A stretch of 64,000 nucleotides of DNA from Octopus vulgaris. Lineage: Eukaryota. The stretch is from positions 58,218,001 to 58,282,000 of the forward strand of contig OX597821.1 of the NCBI GenBank assembly GCA_951406725.2, given 5' to 3'. A program made the translations under genes and the position numbers. Below the pieces are notes generated by a model. It had not been told where the DNA came from, made no database searches, and saw only the letters and a list, made by a program, of their open reading frames with translations. This document shows positions 1 through 12,612 of the stretch, piece after piece (positions within the stretch are counted from its first letter, which is position 1; the number at the start of each line of letters is the position of its first letter).

Positions 1-121
1 CACTCCTATTTTTATTTTGAAAAGTTCCCTTTGTTATAAACGGATCTCCGCTCCTACTGACAGATTTAAAACACTCCACGGTTAGATCTTGCGATTTTTT
101 AATTTTAGGTCGTGTGAGTAT

Positions 122-230
<109 letters not shown>

Positions 231-1510
231 CATGGTGGCTGTGAACTCTTAAGCAAATATGACCATCTCTGGTGAATTATCTTATCCTAGATGTTAAACA
301 CAATAGCTATCAGCAATGCCGATGCTGAAATTTAAAGTCAATAACTAACTTTCAAAACACCGCTAAGATTCACACCTTCCAAGCCTAGTAATCCAGAAAC
401 AAGCAAGAACAAGATTTCCGGCTTCGTAATGAGGCAGGTCTTATTTCGGAATTTCCTTCTCCTTGAGAGATGCCTAAACGAAGAGTAACGGTCTCTCACT
501 CCCAGGTGTTGGATAACCATCGACCTGAGTTCATCCACCTTTTGACAGATTTTGTTTTTCGTCCTGCAGGGTGTCCAACAAAAGCCACCCTCCTTACAAA
601 TCAGGTCTGGTAGGGTTTAGTTGTCGACGGCCCGACCATAAGACATGTTGTACTGAGTTACATGTCACCAGTAGAAGAGTGATCTGACATATGTATATAC
701 ATGCATATTGCACACTATGTATATACAGAAACTGTACATTGTGTATTGTTATACCTCCTGTTTTCAGTGTCAATTTAGTATTGTTGGCAGAGTGTCTGAC
801 GTACACTAACAGACATTTTATTCTACCAGTTACGAGTATCATGTTTCACACGATCAATTATTTTTATGTGATCTCACTGTCTACAGTTATCTGCGATCAT
901 TTTTTAAAATATTTTAAAAATCTAATTTGCGGTTCTGCACTCATATACATATGTGAATACTACCTTTGATTACCGCTTTTCTAAAGATAAGAACTTAGGG
1001 ATTAACGTCGCAGAGAATTAATTCTTGCATGGTATTAAATTAGGTATTAGTATATCGACGTTGCTTCAGATCCCAAATAAATTTCCCTCACAGTATCGTA
1101 GCTGTTGGGTTCCGCTCTGGTCTACGCTTTTATGAGGTTGCATTCGGGAGTCTGCTGTACAGGTCTATGGGAAAGGAGGGGCGGGAAACCCAAGGGCTGC
1201 CTTAAGCGGCACTCATTCTAGCTCATCAAGTTTCTCACTAGTCTATAATCACTTGGTGTGCTAACTTAGTAACCTGGACTGAAGGAAAGAGCCCCAATGA
1301 TTTTTTTTCTAGGAATGTGTATGCTCTGGGTTTGTATAATTGCACGTGGTTGTACAAAGCTCACTTTGTTTCGCAGATTTTTGGAGTTGGCACATTCCTG
1401 TCGTAACTTTCTTTTATATTTTCCGAAAATTTCTGCATATGGACTATAGTTTTGTCCCCTCTGTGTTTAACCCCCTGTAGGAAATAAAGAAATAAATATT
1501 ACAATAAATA

Positions 1511-1705
1511 AAGCGGCGAGCCGGACAAAACGCATAGCGGTATTTCGTCTGTCTTCATGTTCTGAGTTCAAATTCCGTCGAGGTCGACTTTGCCTTTCAT
1601 CCTTTCTGGGTCGATAAACTAAGTACCAGTTGGGCACTGGGGTCGATGTAATCGACTTACCCTTTCGTCCGAAATTACTGGCCTTGTGCCAAAATTTGTA
1701 ACCAG
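1511..1705 (+). mobile_element. SINE family A (tRNA-like head plus Meta/Sauria-like central domain)
   Basis: Contains gttctgagttcaaattcc (B-box-like) followed by ggtcgactttgcctttcatcctttc.gggtcgataaa..aagtaccag; more than 20 related copies in the window. Confidence 0.85.
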
Positions 1706-1787
1706 CATTACCAATAAATTTTACTCTACTAAATATAGAGGGACTCACCATGAGTAAAAGTATTGTTGTTCCCTACAAGGTGATCAG

Positions 1788-1842
1788 CATATACCAAATA
1801 AAATACACACACGTCTGTGTGAGTGAGTGTGTATATATATAA

Positions 1843-1883
<41 letters not shown>

Positions 1884-1968
1884 TATGTGTTTGTTTTGAT
1901 GAGTGTGTATGATATTTAACGTTACACATACCAAATAAAATACACACACGTCTGTGTGAGTGAGTGTG

Positions 1969-2016
<48 letters not shown>

Positions 2017-2100
2017 TATGTGTTTGTTTGATGAGTGTGTATGATATTTAACGTTACACATACCAAATAAAATACACACACGTCTGTGTGAGTGAGTGTG

Positions 2101-2137
<37 letters not shown>

Positions 2138-2220
2138 TTGTATGTGTTTGTTTTGATGAGTGTGTATGATATTTAACGTTACACATACCAAATAAAATAC
2201 ACACACGTCTGTGTGAGTGA

Positions 2221-2268
<48 letters not shown>

Positions 2269-2354
2269 TTGTATGTGTTTGTTTTGATGAGTGTGTATGA
2301 TATTTAACGTTACACATACCAAATAAAATACACACACGTCTGTGTGAGTGAGTG

Positions 2355-2442
<88 letters not shown>

Positions 2443-2486
2443 TATGTGTTTGTTTTGATGAGTGTGTATGATATTTAACGTTACAC
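1788..2486. repeat. Minisatellite, 5 units of ~125-170 bp with internal (TA)n(TG)n
   Basis: Unit cataccaaataaaatacacacacgtctgtgtgagtgag...ttgatgagtgtgtatgatatttaacgttaca starts at ~1790, 1927, 2058, 2184 and 2315. Confidence 0.95.
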
Positions 2487-3039
2487 TGATATTGAACTTA
2501 CTTGGTTCAAGTAGTCAAAAATTACAGCGATGTACGAATTGCTCGCATCGTAACATTACAACTATTACGTGTATATTCTATTTCTATAACTAATTCAAAT
2601 ACTTCTTCAGAGATATTACAGACAGTAAATTGCATTCAATGATTACATTCAATGTACTCTTAGTTTATAGTGTCAGATTTATTATAACAGACACCTAATA
2701 TAGAACACGTTATTATATTCATTACAGCATCAATCTTCTCATCCGCTAATGTGATCGTCAGAAGAAAGAGATTTCCATTGAACTAGACATACAAAATGAT
2801 GGAAAACATAAATGCAGTTTGTTTACTTTTGTTTTTATTTTGTGTGTGTTTGTTTATTCTTTATTTTTTGTTTTGTAAGTGGAAATAAAAAAGTATTTTA
2901 GAACCATCGAGTGATGATGTCGATTGCTTATTCATTGGTTTAATTGAACAGATTGATGTAATTTTTATGATCTTTATTATTAAGTTGGCTGTCAAAGAAA
3001 GCTAGAATATAAATATCACAAATATAAATAAATAATAAT

Positions 3040-3170
3040 GCTTTCGAATTTTAGCACAAGGCCAGAAATTTCGCAGGAGGAGGTAAGGCAGTTTACGGCA
3101 ACTCCCAGTGCTCAACTGGTACTTATTTTATCAACCCCGAAATTGTGAAAAGCAAAGTCATCTCGTGGGT
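3040..3170 (-). mobile_element. SINE family A, partial and diverged
   Basis: gcacaaggccag...cccagtgctcaactggtacttattttatcaaccccgaaa matches the family on the reverse strand. Confidence 0.75.
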
Positions 3171-3190
3171 CTTTGCAATGGCAAGAACTA

Positions 3191-3304
<114 letters not shown>

Positions 3305-3362
3305 AATACAATTTACTTTACAAATTTGGTCCTTCATCTGGTACAGCTTATTACAGATATTT

Positions 3363-3563
3363 TCAGTCATTCAATTTGGGGGAGAACTTAGTTATGAAAT
3401 ATTTTTCCATATTCCTCCTGAAGGAGGTGTCATTCTTTGGACATTTGTAGAAGGGAAAGATCTTAAATTTTCCTTCTCCACATGTATCTAGGTGTTTACT
3501 CAGTGGTATCTTGCGCAGTTCCTCCTATCGGACATGCTGTCGGTGAATTCTGGCTCGTTGGCC
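3363..3563 (-). pseudogene. Penelope-like element GIY-YIG endonuclease C-terminal fragment
   Basis: Manual translation GQRARIHRQHVR*EELRKIPLSKHLDTCGEGKFKIFPFYKCPKNDTSFRRNMEKYFITKFSPKLND* shows the R..H, H, E..FI and P.LN motifs of PLE endonucleases; one internal stop. Confidence 0.75.
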
Positions 3564-3594
3564 AGAAAAAAAAAATATATATATATATAAGAAA

Positions 3595-4040
3595 AAAGGT
3601 TTGAAAATGCAATTTAAACGATGTTTATTTACTTATCCGGTTTCACTCTTTGGTAAAAGATTGTCAAAAGTAATATTAAAAGTAACATTGAATAATATGG
3701 GTTCAAAAAAGTTTTTTTACATAATTATCACATTGAATATTATGCATTCAAAAAAGTTTTTTACATAATTGTCACATTGGATATTATGAATTCAAAAATG
3801 TTTTTTTATACAAAATTGTCACATTACATGTATAAATATAGTGTTTGGTAACAGAGAAGTTCAATAGTGTGATGAGAATATTTGGAAAAATTGGCAGAAA
3901 AGGATAAAACAAATATATTATTGGAAATTTGGTTGCGTTAATTATTGGTTGTCGCAAATTGTCACATTACCAAAGACTGTATATATATATACATGTAATG
4001 TGACAATTTGCGACAACCAATAATTAACGCAACCAAATTT
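3595..4040 (-). mobile_element. PLE pseudo-LTR-like segment with terminal inversion
   Basis: Degenerate hammerhead-like motif on the minus strand (~3635-3670), three ~45-bp tandem units (3686-3826) and a perfect 46-bp inverted repeat (3925-3970 / 3995-4040). Confidence 0.5.
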
Positions 4041-5520
4041 AGAAAAACTTTGCCGTATGGGTGCAAAGTTACGAGATTATTGGTTTAAAATCCTGTAATT
4101 GAAAGCTCCTATTCTCCATGAGACAGAAGTCACAAACGTTCTTTCCTTGTGAATAAGAAAATGTGTGTTCAGAATTATAGATCAGAGTCTTTAATTCGGT
4201 TATCCTTTTAGCATTCAAATTTCAAATATATTTGGATATGGCCATGACATATAGACTTTCAGGATTGTTAAAAGCATGAATATTTTGAAAGAATTCTTAG
4301 TAACCTAGGTGTAGGATTTCGAGGTGATAAATTTGGACACTTACCATTAGGGGGATAAGATGTCGGAATGTTACAATTGCATAAAAGAGAAAATGAACAA
4401 CTGCGCTCTCCTCTCCCTTGTAACTAAGCAATAAAAAAAAAATGATACTATGATACCAAATGGTACCAGTTTCCTCTGGAGCTGTACACGTGACCTTTCC
4501 CTCTTTTTCTACATTTGCTAAGCGTCAACACTCCACACACACACACATACACAAATACCGAGATTCTGTACTCAATGTTCTGCCCAATCATTGCTCCCAC
4601 ACAATTCCCTTCAAGTTCACATTTTTTCCTGCAGCTATCGACCTCCAGCTGAACAACAAGCTTAAAATCAACATCAGCAATCTCACCAATATTGTTGGGA
4701 GTGTCTGAAAAAAATCCCGTCAGCCATATCTGAGGTCATGAAATTTGAAACCCTATTCAATATAATTCTGATCAAATGTTTTGCCATTGAGCCAATATGT
4801 TTCTATTGTAAAAATCTTGTTAAATACTTTATTTGGTTTAAGAAAATACAATGAATGTTATTTCACATGAATAAGCCATTTTAAAATACTAAACAGCAAT
4901 TAGGGTAGACAAACAAAGGATAAGCTACTGCATTACAATTTGTCAAATAAAATTATAGTTCCAGACATTCTTTATAGTAAGGGATATCTTTCTTTTTATT
5001 GTTTACTTTTCTATTGTTTTTATGCTAAATTACCGGTAATTTGTTGAAACAAAACATCTTCAACATAGCAAAAAATGAGACGTAGCCGTAATAAAATAAT
5101 GACTTTAGAAATTTGGCTTAGTGACAAAAATGGAAAAGACATACGAATATAATAGAGAGATTACTGATTTAAAGGAAATTACCGATTCGATTCTCTTGAA
5201 AAAGCTTTACAGAAAACGTGGCAGTATTTGATAGTAACTGTTGTTCTCTGCAAGTAAAGAGAAGTTTGATAAAACTTGGATTTGTTACTAAAAGTAACAT
5301 GAATTCATAGTTTATAAAATAACATTATTTTCTTACATGTAACGAATATCATCTTTAAATGTATAAAAAAAAATTCATATCAGAAAAAATAATTGAGGGA
5401 AATATAAGTAACAATCTTCTCGTCTGCTTTTGTTTGCAAATATTTAAAATATGTATAACAATTCACATATTTATCAAATTCAATGAATTTCAAAGTAGTT
5501 ATTGCTTACATAACTTCAAA

Positions 5521-5530
5521 CGCACACACG

Positions 5531-5608
<78 letters not shown>

Positions 5609-5814
5609 CATATATATATGTATATATGTATGTATGTATGTATATGTATATATATAAATATGTATGTACGTATGTATGTATGTATGTATGTATGTATGTA
5701 TGAATGTCTATGTATATATGTGTATATATATATACACACATACATATATATATACACATACATATATATATACACATACATATATATACATGCACACACA
5801 CACACTCACACACA

Positions 5815-5870
<56 letters not shown>
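5521..5870. repeat. Compound microsatellite (CA)n(TA)n(TATG)n
   Basis: Direct inspection. Confidence 0.95.
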
Positions 5871-6117
5871 GTGAATAATCACATAAAATAATAAATTCTA
5901 ATTCTCTATTGAACGCTAGATTTCTCCAGAGTTAGACTTCTACTGATAAGAATAAAAAGATAAGCTAGTAATACATTTATTTAACTTTTCATATTGTAAT
6001 ACATTTATTTAACTTTTCATATTGTTTCTACGAACTTCTCACCATAGAACTAGCGTATATCCAAAAATCTTCTGCCGTTTTAACAACCGGTGTTTGAATG
6101 TCAAATATGGTGAGACT

Positions 6118-6360
6118 GAGGTGTGTGGCTTAGAGCTTAGGGTACACTTTATTCCGCGTTGCTCCAGTCCACTCAACTGGCAAAAATGATTGTATCTGTA
6201 ATTTAAAGGGCCAGCCTTGTCACATTCTGTGTTACGTTGAATCTCCTTGAGAGCTACGTTAAAGGTACGCGTGTCTATTTGTGGAGTGCCCAGCCACTTG
6301 TACGTTAATTTCACGAGCAGGATGTTTCGTTGATCGGACCAACTGGAACACTCATCGTCA
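6118..6360 (+). mobile_element. SINE family C (tRNA head, internally deleted)
   Basis: gttgctccagtccactcaactggcaaaaatga plus tail gggccagccttgtcaca...gttaatttcacgagcagg shared with the copy at 21763-22080. Confidence 0.75.
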
Positions 6361-6604
6361 ATGGATTTTCTGTTTTGTTTTTCTTGCTGAGACTGGAAAT
6401 CGGTTACAATTCCTGCAAATCTGATATTTCAGTTCTTTATTCATTATGAATGATGTTGTTATTATTCTCCTGAGTCCACGACATTGTTTCCGTCCGTAGC
6501 CTAATTCCACAGAGTTCGTCGCCATTTATATTCCAAAAGAAAAGATTATTCTTCTTCGCCATCTTCCACCTTGTTCCACATTTATGTGCTTACCCTGGTA
6601 TATA

Positions 6605-6770
6605 TAAGACGGATTTGTTTCAGTTTTAATCTACCAAACCCGCCGACAAGGATTTGATCGGTCTAAGGTTATAATAGAAAACACTTGCCCAAGGTATCTC
6701 GCAGTGGGGCTGAACCCAGAGCTATGTGGTTTGGAAGCAAAATTCTTACCACACAACCATACCTGTGCCT
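6605..6770 (-). mobile_element. SINE family B (CORE-like) head fragment
   Basis: acacttgcccaagg...gcagtggggctgaacccag; the reverse complement resembles the CORE motif ccttgggcaagt. Confidence 0.75.
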
Positions 6771-7389
6771 GTATCTAATTTTCTAAAAAAAAGTTGTCTG
6801 TAAAAACAAATCTCTATAAAAGTTTGAGTTTGTGATCTGGATGTAGTTTAAGATTTTAGGCATTTATGCAACTGAAAAAGTTATACAGGTCACAATTGCT
6901 GATTTACTTGCCATCTACAAATATGAGATTTTATGTTAGAGAAATCGCATAGACCATAACCAAACTCCTTCGTAATATACAGTTTTTTTGTTGTTTTTGT
7001 ATGTTTAGCCTTAGGGTAGTTCTGATTGAGCAGCCTTGACTGTCTAGTCCATCTCTTGAGTCTTGCACATCTAGGACAACATTATCCAATGCGTACTTCC
7101 CAGAACAATTTTGTAGAATGTAATTTCAGTAGATTTTGCTACTATTTCCAGCTGGTTTAGAGATTTGTTCAGTAGTTCGTTTTGAAACACAGTTGCTCAC
7201 TCACGACAGTCTGCGTAACCTTTTTCTTGTTTTTGGTAACAATATCCGATCGCTTTGCTTTGACTGTTTTAGTCACTGTTCGCTATGGCGTTCCGTTACT
7301 TGACACAGGTTTTACTTTAATCAACCTCGATAAGATTTGAATTCAAAATATGAAGATACATAACAAAATACCGCATCAGTTTGCCACTT

Positions 7390-7770
7390 CACGACCCCAG
7401 TGCTCAACTGGTACTTATTTTTTTATTGGTCCCCAAATGATGTAGGGCTAGGTCGACCCTGGCGGAATTTAAACTCAGCACATAAAGACGGACGAAATAC
7501 TGCTAACAATTCTGCCAGTTCGCTGCCTTTAACTGCCTCCTTTAAAAAATTGATTTAGGTTTTGTTACAAGGTCAGTAATTTCGGTGGGTGGGGAAGTAA
7601 GTCGATTACATCGTCCCCCAGAACTCAAGTGGTACTTATTTTATAGATCCTCATAAGGGTGGGGGAGTGCAGAGCAGATGTCAGCGGAATTTGAACTCTG
7701 AACACAAACACAGACGAAATGCCAGGAAACAATTAACCCGGCGTGTTAACGATCTTGCCAGATAGCCGCG
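7390..7770 (-). mobile_element. Two adjacent diverged SINE family A copies
   Basis: Two copies of the caactggtacttatttt...ggaattt(g/a)aactc...ctgccag motif set. Confidence 0.75.
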
Positions 7771-9067
7771 TTCGTCTGCCCTATAAAATTTTAGCGTATT
7801 TGCAGAGTTGCAAAACGAAAACTTGCTACACTTTACGGAAAGCAATTGAAGCTACTTCCTGAAGTCAAATGAAAATCAAAAATGATACATTCTAAATTTC
7901 AGTGAGGAAATTAATACATACATCAATGTAGGTTTCTAAGCATATAGTTATTATAAAATACAGAAAATAAATACATTCATTAGTCAGTAACTGCTGAATT
8001 TGATACAATAGTTTGACTTTGCTCGTATAATAGGCAATTAATGATATTCAGATGCAATGCTTGTCTCATTGATCTCCAATTGATAATAAAAAAAATTGCT
8101 AGGCTATTGCATTATTAATGATTCTTTGTGTGGTCTTACATTAAGAAATATATCTTGATATGTTTTCCCTGATTTCACTTAACTAACCAACGGGTTAGGA
8201 ATGATGACATATATTGCAAGAGAAGAGAAGAGAAAAATATATATATTCGAAAACTGAGCCAGAGTTAATGGAGGCTAAAACTGTAGACTGAGATGAAATG
8301 ATATGAGAATGAATTCGTGTAATCTAAGTGACTGAAAAACGTTAGATATGCAGACTGGTGGATAAAAATGTTTGGATAGCACTAATGATTTTGCTTTCAT
8401 ACATGTATGTCGGAAAGTCAGTATGGGCTTTCAGAAGAATATGCAGAAACTTGTTAAAGAGTCCATACTTCTGTATATCGGTAATTACTGATAGACCGCA
8501 GGCAGGAAATATGAACGCTATACAAACAAGTTCAATCAGAAATTGGAATTACGAATTATGTCACAAACACAGAAGCTTACATCCACTAAAAGGTGAACCA
8601 ATGGAGGAAAGTCTATGTGGTTGTTCGGTCTGCTAGAAATAGCAGTGAAATTTTCCTTAGATTATATCACCTTAAAAACGGACATAAGAAAAAAGCAGGT
8701 ACTGTCTGGAGTATTAGGACTCGTAGGGCCAATTACCTGGCTTCCACGGAGTACAAGTGACCGAGATTATAACATTACCTCTGAACGGGACGCCAATCCA
8801 TCACAGGGTGACCCATTTAAAGCTGAGTGGACTGGAGCAACGTGAAATGAGGTGTTTTACTCAGGAGCACAATTCACCGCCCAATCCGGGAATCGAAACC
8901 TAACCACTAACGTGCGAGCATCACCCTAACCACTAGGACACGCACCTTCAGGTTAATTACATAACCGTAAATATATAACATGTTAAAAAATAAAGACGGG
9001 TGGTCACTTTCAGAACACCTTTGATCATAGGGCTGATTTGTTAAACAACAATTATTTCTTTTTTCTT

Positions 9068-9462
9068 TTCTACTTTAGGCACAAAAAAATATTTTGAGGG
9101 AGGGGCCAGTCGATTACATCGACTCCAGTACGCAACAGGTACTTAATTTATTGACTCCGAAAGGATGAAAGGCGAAGTCGACCTCGGTGGAATTTGAACT
9201 CAGAACGTAAAGTCAGACAAAATACCTATTTCTTTACTACCCTCAAGAGGCTAAACACAGAGAGGACAAACAAGGACAGACAAACGGATTAAGTCGATTA
9301 TATCGACCCCAGTGCGTAATCAACCCCAGTGCGTAATCGACCCCGAAAGGATGACAGGCAAAGTCGACCTCGGCGGAATTTGAACTCAGAACGTAGCGGC
9401 AGACGAAATACCGCTAAGCATTTCGCCCGGCGTGCTAACGTTTCTGCCAGCTTGCCGCCTTA
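9068..9462 (-). mobile_element. SINE family A dimer (full copy followed by 5'-truncated copy)
   Basis: Two central domains; junction at aaatacc|tatttctttactac (~9227). Confidence 0.85.
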
Positions 9463-9732
9463 AACAACAGGTATTTCTGGAATAATAATGGTGCTCTTGT
9501 TCGTGGATATTATACTTGCAAGTGAAGGAGCAGAGAAGAATTATCCAACGACCATAATGTACGTGAAGGTGTTTGAGCTGCTCTCGGTTTATATGTGTTG
9601 TCGCGACATAATAATAATTACGATCCATATGTATATGTGGATAGATAGCCACTTTGGAATCAGTGGCTATCCATTCACATATACACATGCATGTGTGCGT
9701 GCGTTTGTGTGTGTGTGCGCGCGCATGAAGGC

Positions 9733-10748
9733 CATCGCTGGATTAACTCATTAAGCAAAATAAGCACGTGATTAACCCATCAAGGGAAATGGGGGGCACC
9801 ACAGAAATGAAAATAGTTTACGGCACGAAAGAAATCACTTTACACTTGCTAAAATAATATGCGTAATGCTTTATCTCTACTAAGGTTAGAAGCAGAAGTT
9901 TTATGTAAAATTAATATTAATAATATCATCGAACGCTTTCCAATTATAAAATAAAAACACGGAGAAATCTTTCCGAATATAAATGGAAGCACAAAAAAAT
10001 AAACATTATTTTCCATTTTTCTGTGAATTTTGTTTCAATTTGAAACAAAAAAAATAGAAAATGTATTTTATGGTTTATTATTCTTTTACTCGTTTCAGTC
10101 ATTTGATTGCGGCCATGCTGGAGCACCGCCTTTAGTCGAAGAAATATCTCTTTCTTTACTACCCACAAGGGGCTAAACACAGAGAGGACAAACAATGACA
10201 GACAAACAGATTAAGTCGATTATATCGACGCCAGTACGTAACTGGTACTTATTTAATCGACCCCGAAAGGATGAAAGGCAAAGTCGACCTCGGCGGAATT
10301 TGAACTCAGAACGTTGCGGCAGACGAAATACCGATAAGCATTTCGCCCGGTGTAGTAACGATTCTGCCAGCTCGCCGAAGAAATATCGACCCTAGGATTT
10401 ATTCTTCGTAAGCCTAGTACTCATTCTATCACTCTCTTTTGCTGAACCGCTAAGTTACGGGAACATAAACACACCAACATCGGTTGTCAAGTGACGGTGG
10501 GTGGACAAACACACACACACACATACATATATATACGACGGGCTTCTTTCAGTTTCCGTCTACCTACCAAATCCACTCACAAGGCTTTGGTCAGCTCGAG
10601 GCTATAGTAGTAGACACTTGCCGAAGGTTGCCACGCAGTGGGACTGAACCCAATTATTTTTGTTTACACTTTGAACCATTTACATATACTTGAAGGCACC
10701 AAAGCCTTTTAAGTGCTTAGGGCTTCTATGAGTTTTAATCCGGCACTG
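9733..10748. mobile_element. Non-autonomous hAT-like DNA transposon containing nested SINEs
   Basis: Imperfect TIRs catcgctggattaa / ttaatccggcactg; 8-bp flanks atgaaggc (9725-9732) and gttaaggc (10749-10756), 6/8 identical. Confidence 0.55.
10078..10652 (-). mobile_element. SINE family B with SINE family A nested at ~10148-10378
   Basis: Family B tail tttcagtcatttga.tgcggccatgctggagcaccgcc is interrupted by a full family A copy and resumes at gaaatatcgaccctaggat. Confidence 0.85.
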
Positions 10749-11006
10749 GTTAAGGCGCGTGGTTAGTAGTTTGGGAGATTACATTCATCATCGTAAGATT
10801 GTAGTTTCGATTCCTGGACCCGGCAATGCTTTGGGTTCAAGAGTAAAACACGTCATTTCCCGTTTCCCTTAGTCCACTCAGCTGGCAAAGAGGAATAACC
10901 CCACCAACAACCGGCATTCTGTCTTGAGGCACGGTGACGATTATTTAACACTGTACCTGTTAAGCCTGGGAATCAATTTGCTTCACTACACGCGATCCCA
11001 AAATGT

Positions 11007-11651
11007 ATGGCCTCGAGTTACATTATCCAAAATTATAAAACATCAATAATTACACTTATCAGCAGCGTTTTTAACAACAGTAGCTTTACGGACAATAACA
11101 ATCACAGCATTCCCAGAAACAGGGAATGTGCAGGTGATATTGCCTTAAATAGTAATGAAAATAGGTTGAATAGTATCGAGTCCAGCAGTAATTTTTACAA
11201 CCATCATAGAAATAAGAACGCTGTATTAGTATCAGAAACTAATCCCAATAGATTAAGGCTCCTATCAAATAACTCCAAATTTAGAAACACCACTTACCAG
11301 TGCAAAATTTCTACTGGATCCGATGTCTACCTCTATATAGGCGCAACTTCCTCGAAATTAGCCACAAGGATATCAAATCATTTTTCCACGTTTCGTGATA
11401 ACAGTAAACAGCACGCCACGGGGCTAAGCAAATTAGTCTGGCGTTTGAAGAACGCAAATTCAACTTTTAAGCTGGAATGGTCAATATTATCGGTGTCCTT
11501 ACCGTTTGATAAGGGCAGAAAAATCTGTGCCCTCTGTAATTCCGAACTCTTTCATATTCTGTTTGCCCGAGGCCAAGTAATAAACTCGATTGTCGAACGA
11601 TCTTTCAGATGCCTTCACTGGAAAAAGCATACCTTTCACTCATACCAATGA
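11007..11651 (+). CDS. 5'-truncated Penelope-like retroelement ORF: GIY-YIG endonuclease with CxxC (Naiad-like)
   Basis: TTYQCKI...YIGATSSKLATRISNHFSTF...TGLSKLVWRLK...WSIL...ICALCNSE...IN...RCLH matches the PLE GIY-YIG pattern; no RT upstream, so probably non-functional. Confidence 0.8.
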   Translation: MASSYIIQNYKTSIITLISSVFNNSSFTDNNNHSIPRNRECAGDIALNSNENRLNSIESSSNFYNHHRNKNAVLVSETNPNRLRLLSNNSKFRNTTYQCKISTGSDVYLYIGATSSKLATRISNHFSTFRDNSKQHATGLSKLVWRLKNANSTFKLEWSILSVSLPFDKGRKICALCNSELFHILFARGQVINSIVERSFRCLHWKKHTFHSYQ

Positions 11652-12200
11652 AGTCTAATATAGATAACCCCTGGACTTCCTAATAAATTAATTTGTGATA
11701 TCTCATCCCTTTAGTTTATATGACTTCCTCATAATTGCTAAGAACACTACCAATTCCAGCAGTAACTTTCTCTCTTGTCATTATTATTGTGGCTCTTTCT
11801 ACCCTCTCCCTCTTAAGTTGACACATTCGAACACACAGACACAGTTTTTTCACCTCTTGACCGTTAATTCTTTTTCTCTGCCTTCTACACACACATTCAC
11901 TCAGTCACAGACACACACACACATTAAGGCAAATTTACACACTCATACATACGAGCACTCATTCATAAAATAAATCAAATATAAACACCAGTCATACAGA
12001 ATACATTCCCTCACTTTAGTTTTCCTTTACCTTCCTTCACCAACCCTGATTGAACCCTATTTTAACTGACATTTTCTCATACTTTCAACCAATCTGGCGT
12101 CACCCCCTATAAATAGACACTATTTATCATTATCTCTATGGGCTCCTAGTGAGCAGTCATCGAAAAACTTGTGCATTTTGTTGGAGAATTAAGTTCCTGG

Positions 12201-12286
12201 TTTTTCCTGAAGAGAAAGCTGCATAATGGACTCCTTATTCATTCGGAATTAGGGATTTTGCAGACTTCGAAACATATGTCGAAATT
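12201..12286 (+). ncRNA. Type I hammerhead ribozyme with minimal stem III (PLE type)
   Basis: tttc-CTGAAGA (12207-12213), long stem II (gaaagctgca...tgcagacttc), GAAA (12269-12272), c-atat-GTC, gaaa. Palindromic acatatgt; stem I extended by aagttcc/ggaactt. Confidence 0.75.
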
Positions 12287-12499
12287 AAAATAAAGGAACT
12301 TTGTTAAATCTTCGTTCAGTTCCATTCTTTCCTATACTTAATATATTAAACTAAACTTCAAATTTCCGCACTAAGGCACGGATTTTAATGCCCTATGGTC
12401 GTAACTTCAACCGTGCTTTTTCTGTTGTGAGTTTGCTACCCAGGTATCGGTTATCTTTCGAATTATCCGTTATAAGATAATTCATTTGTCTACTTAAAT

Positions 12500-12578
12500 A
12501 CTATATATATATATATATATATATATAATGTATATAATGTGTGATAATATATCTGTATGTGTGTGTGTGTTGAGTGTA

Positions 12579-12612
<34 letters not shown>

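Larger units (their letters stand above)
10960..12495 (+). mobile_element. Penelope-like element 3' part (endonuclease plus pseudo-LTR with hammerhead)
   Basis: GIY-YIG ORF followed by a pyrimidine/CA-rich UTR and a hammerhead at 12201-12286; ends at a (TA)n tract. Confidence 0.7.

Noticed and set aside
1788-2486. Repeat-spacer pattern resembling a CRISPR array
   Set aside because: The spacers are microsatellites, units exceed 120 bp, the context is eukaryotic and there are no cas genes.
2728-2890. Possible terminal exon SIFSSANVIVRRKRFPLN* after attacag, with AATAAA downstream
   Set aside because: Too short, with a weak pyrimidine tract and no recognisable homology.
10195-10395. Recurrent ORFs containing RPRKDERQSRPRRNLNSE
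   Set aside because: Antisense translation of SINE family A.
11640-11800. Possible selenocysteine read-through, as reported for some Naiad PLEs
   Set aside because: The TGA follows the apparent end of the domain, the conserved Cys codons are normal and I see no SECIS-like hairpin.
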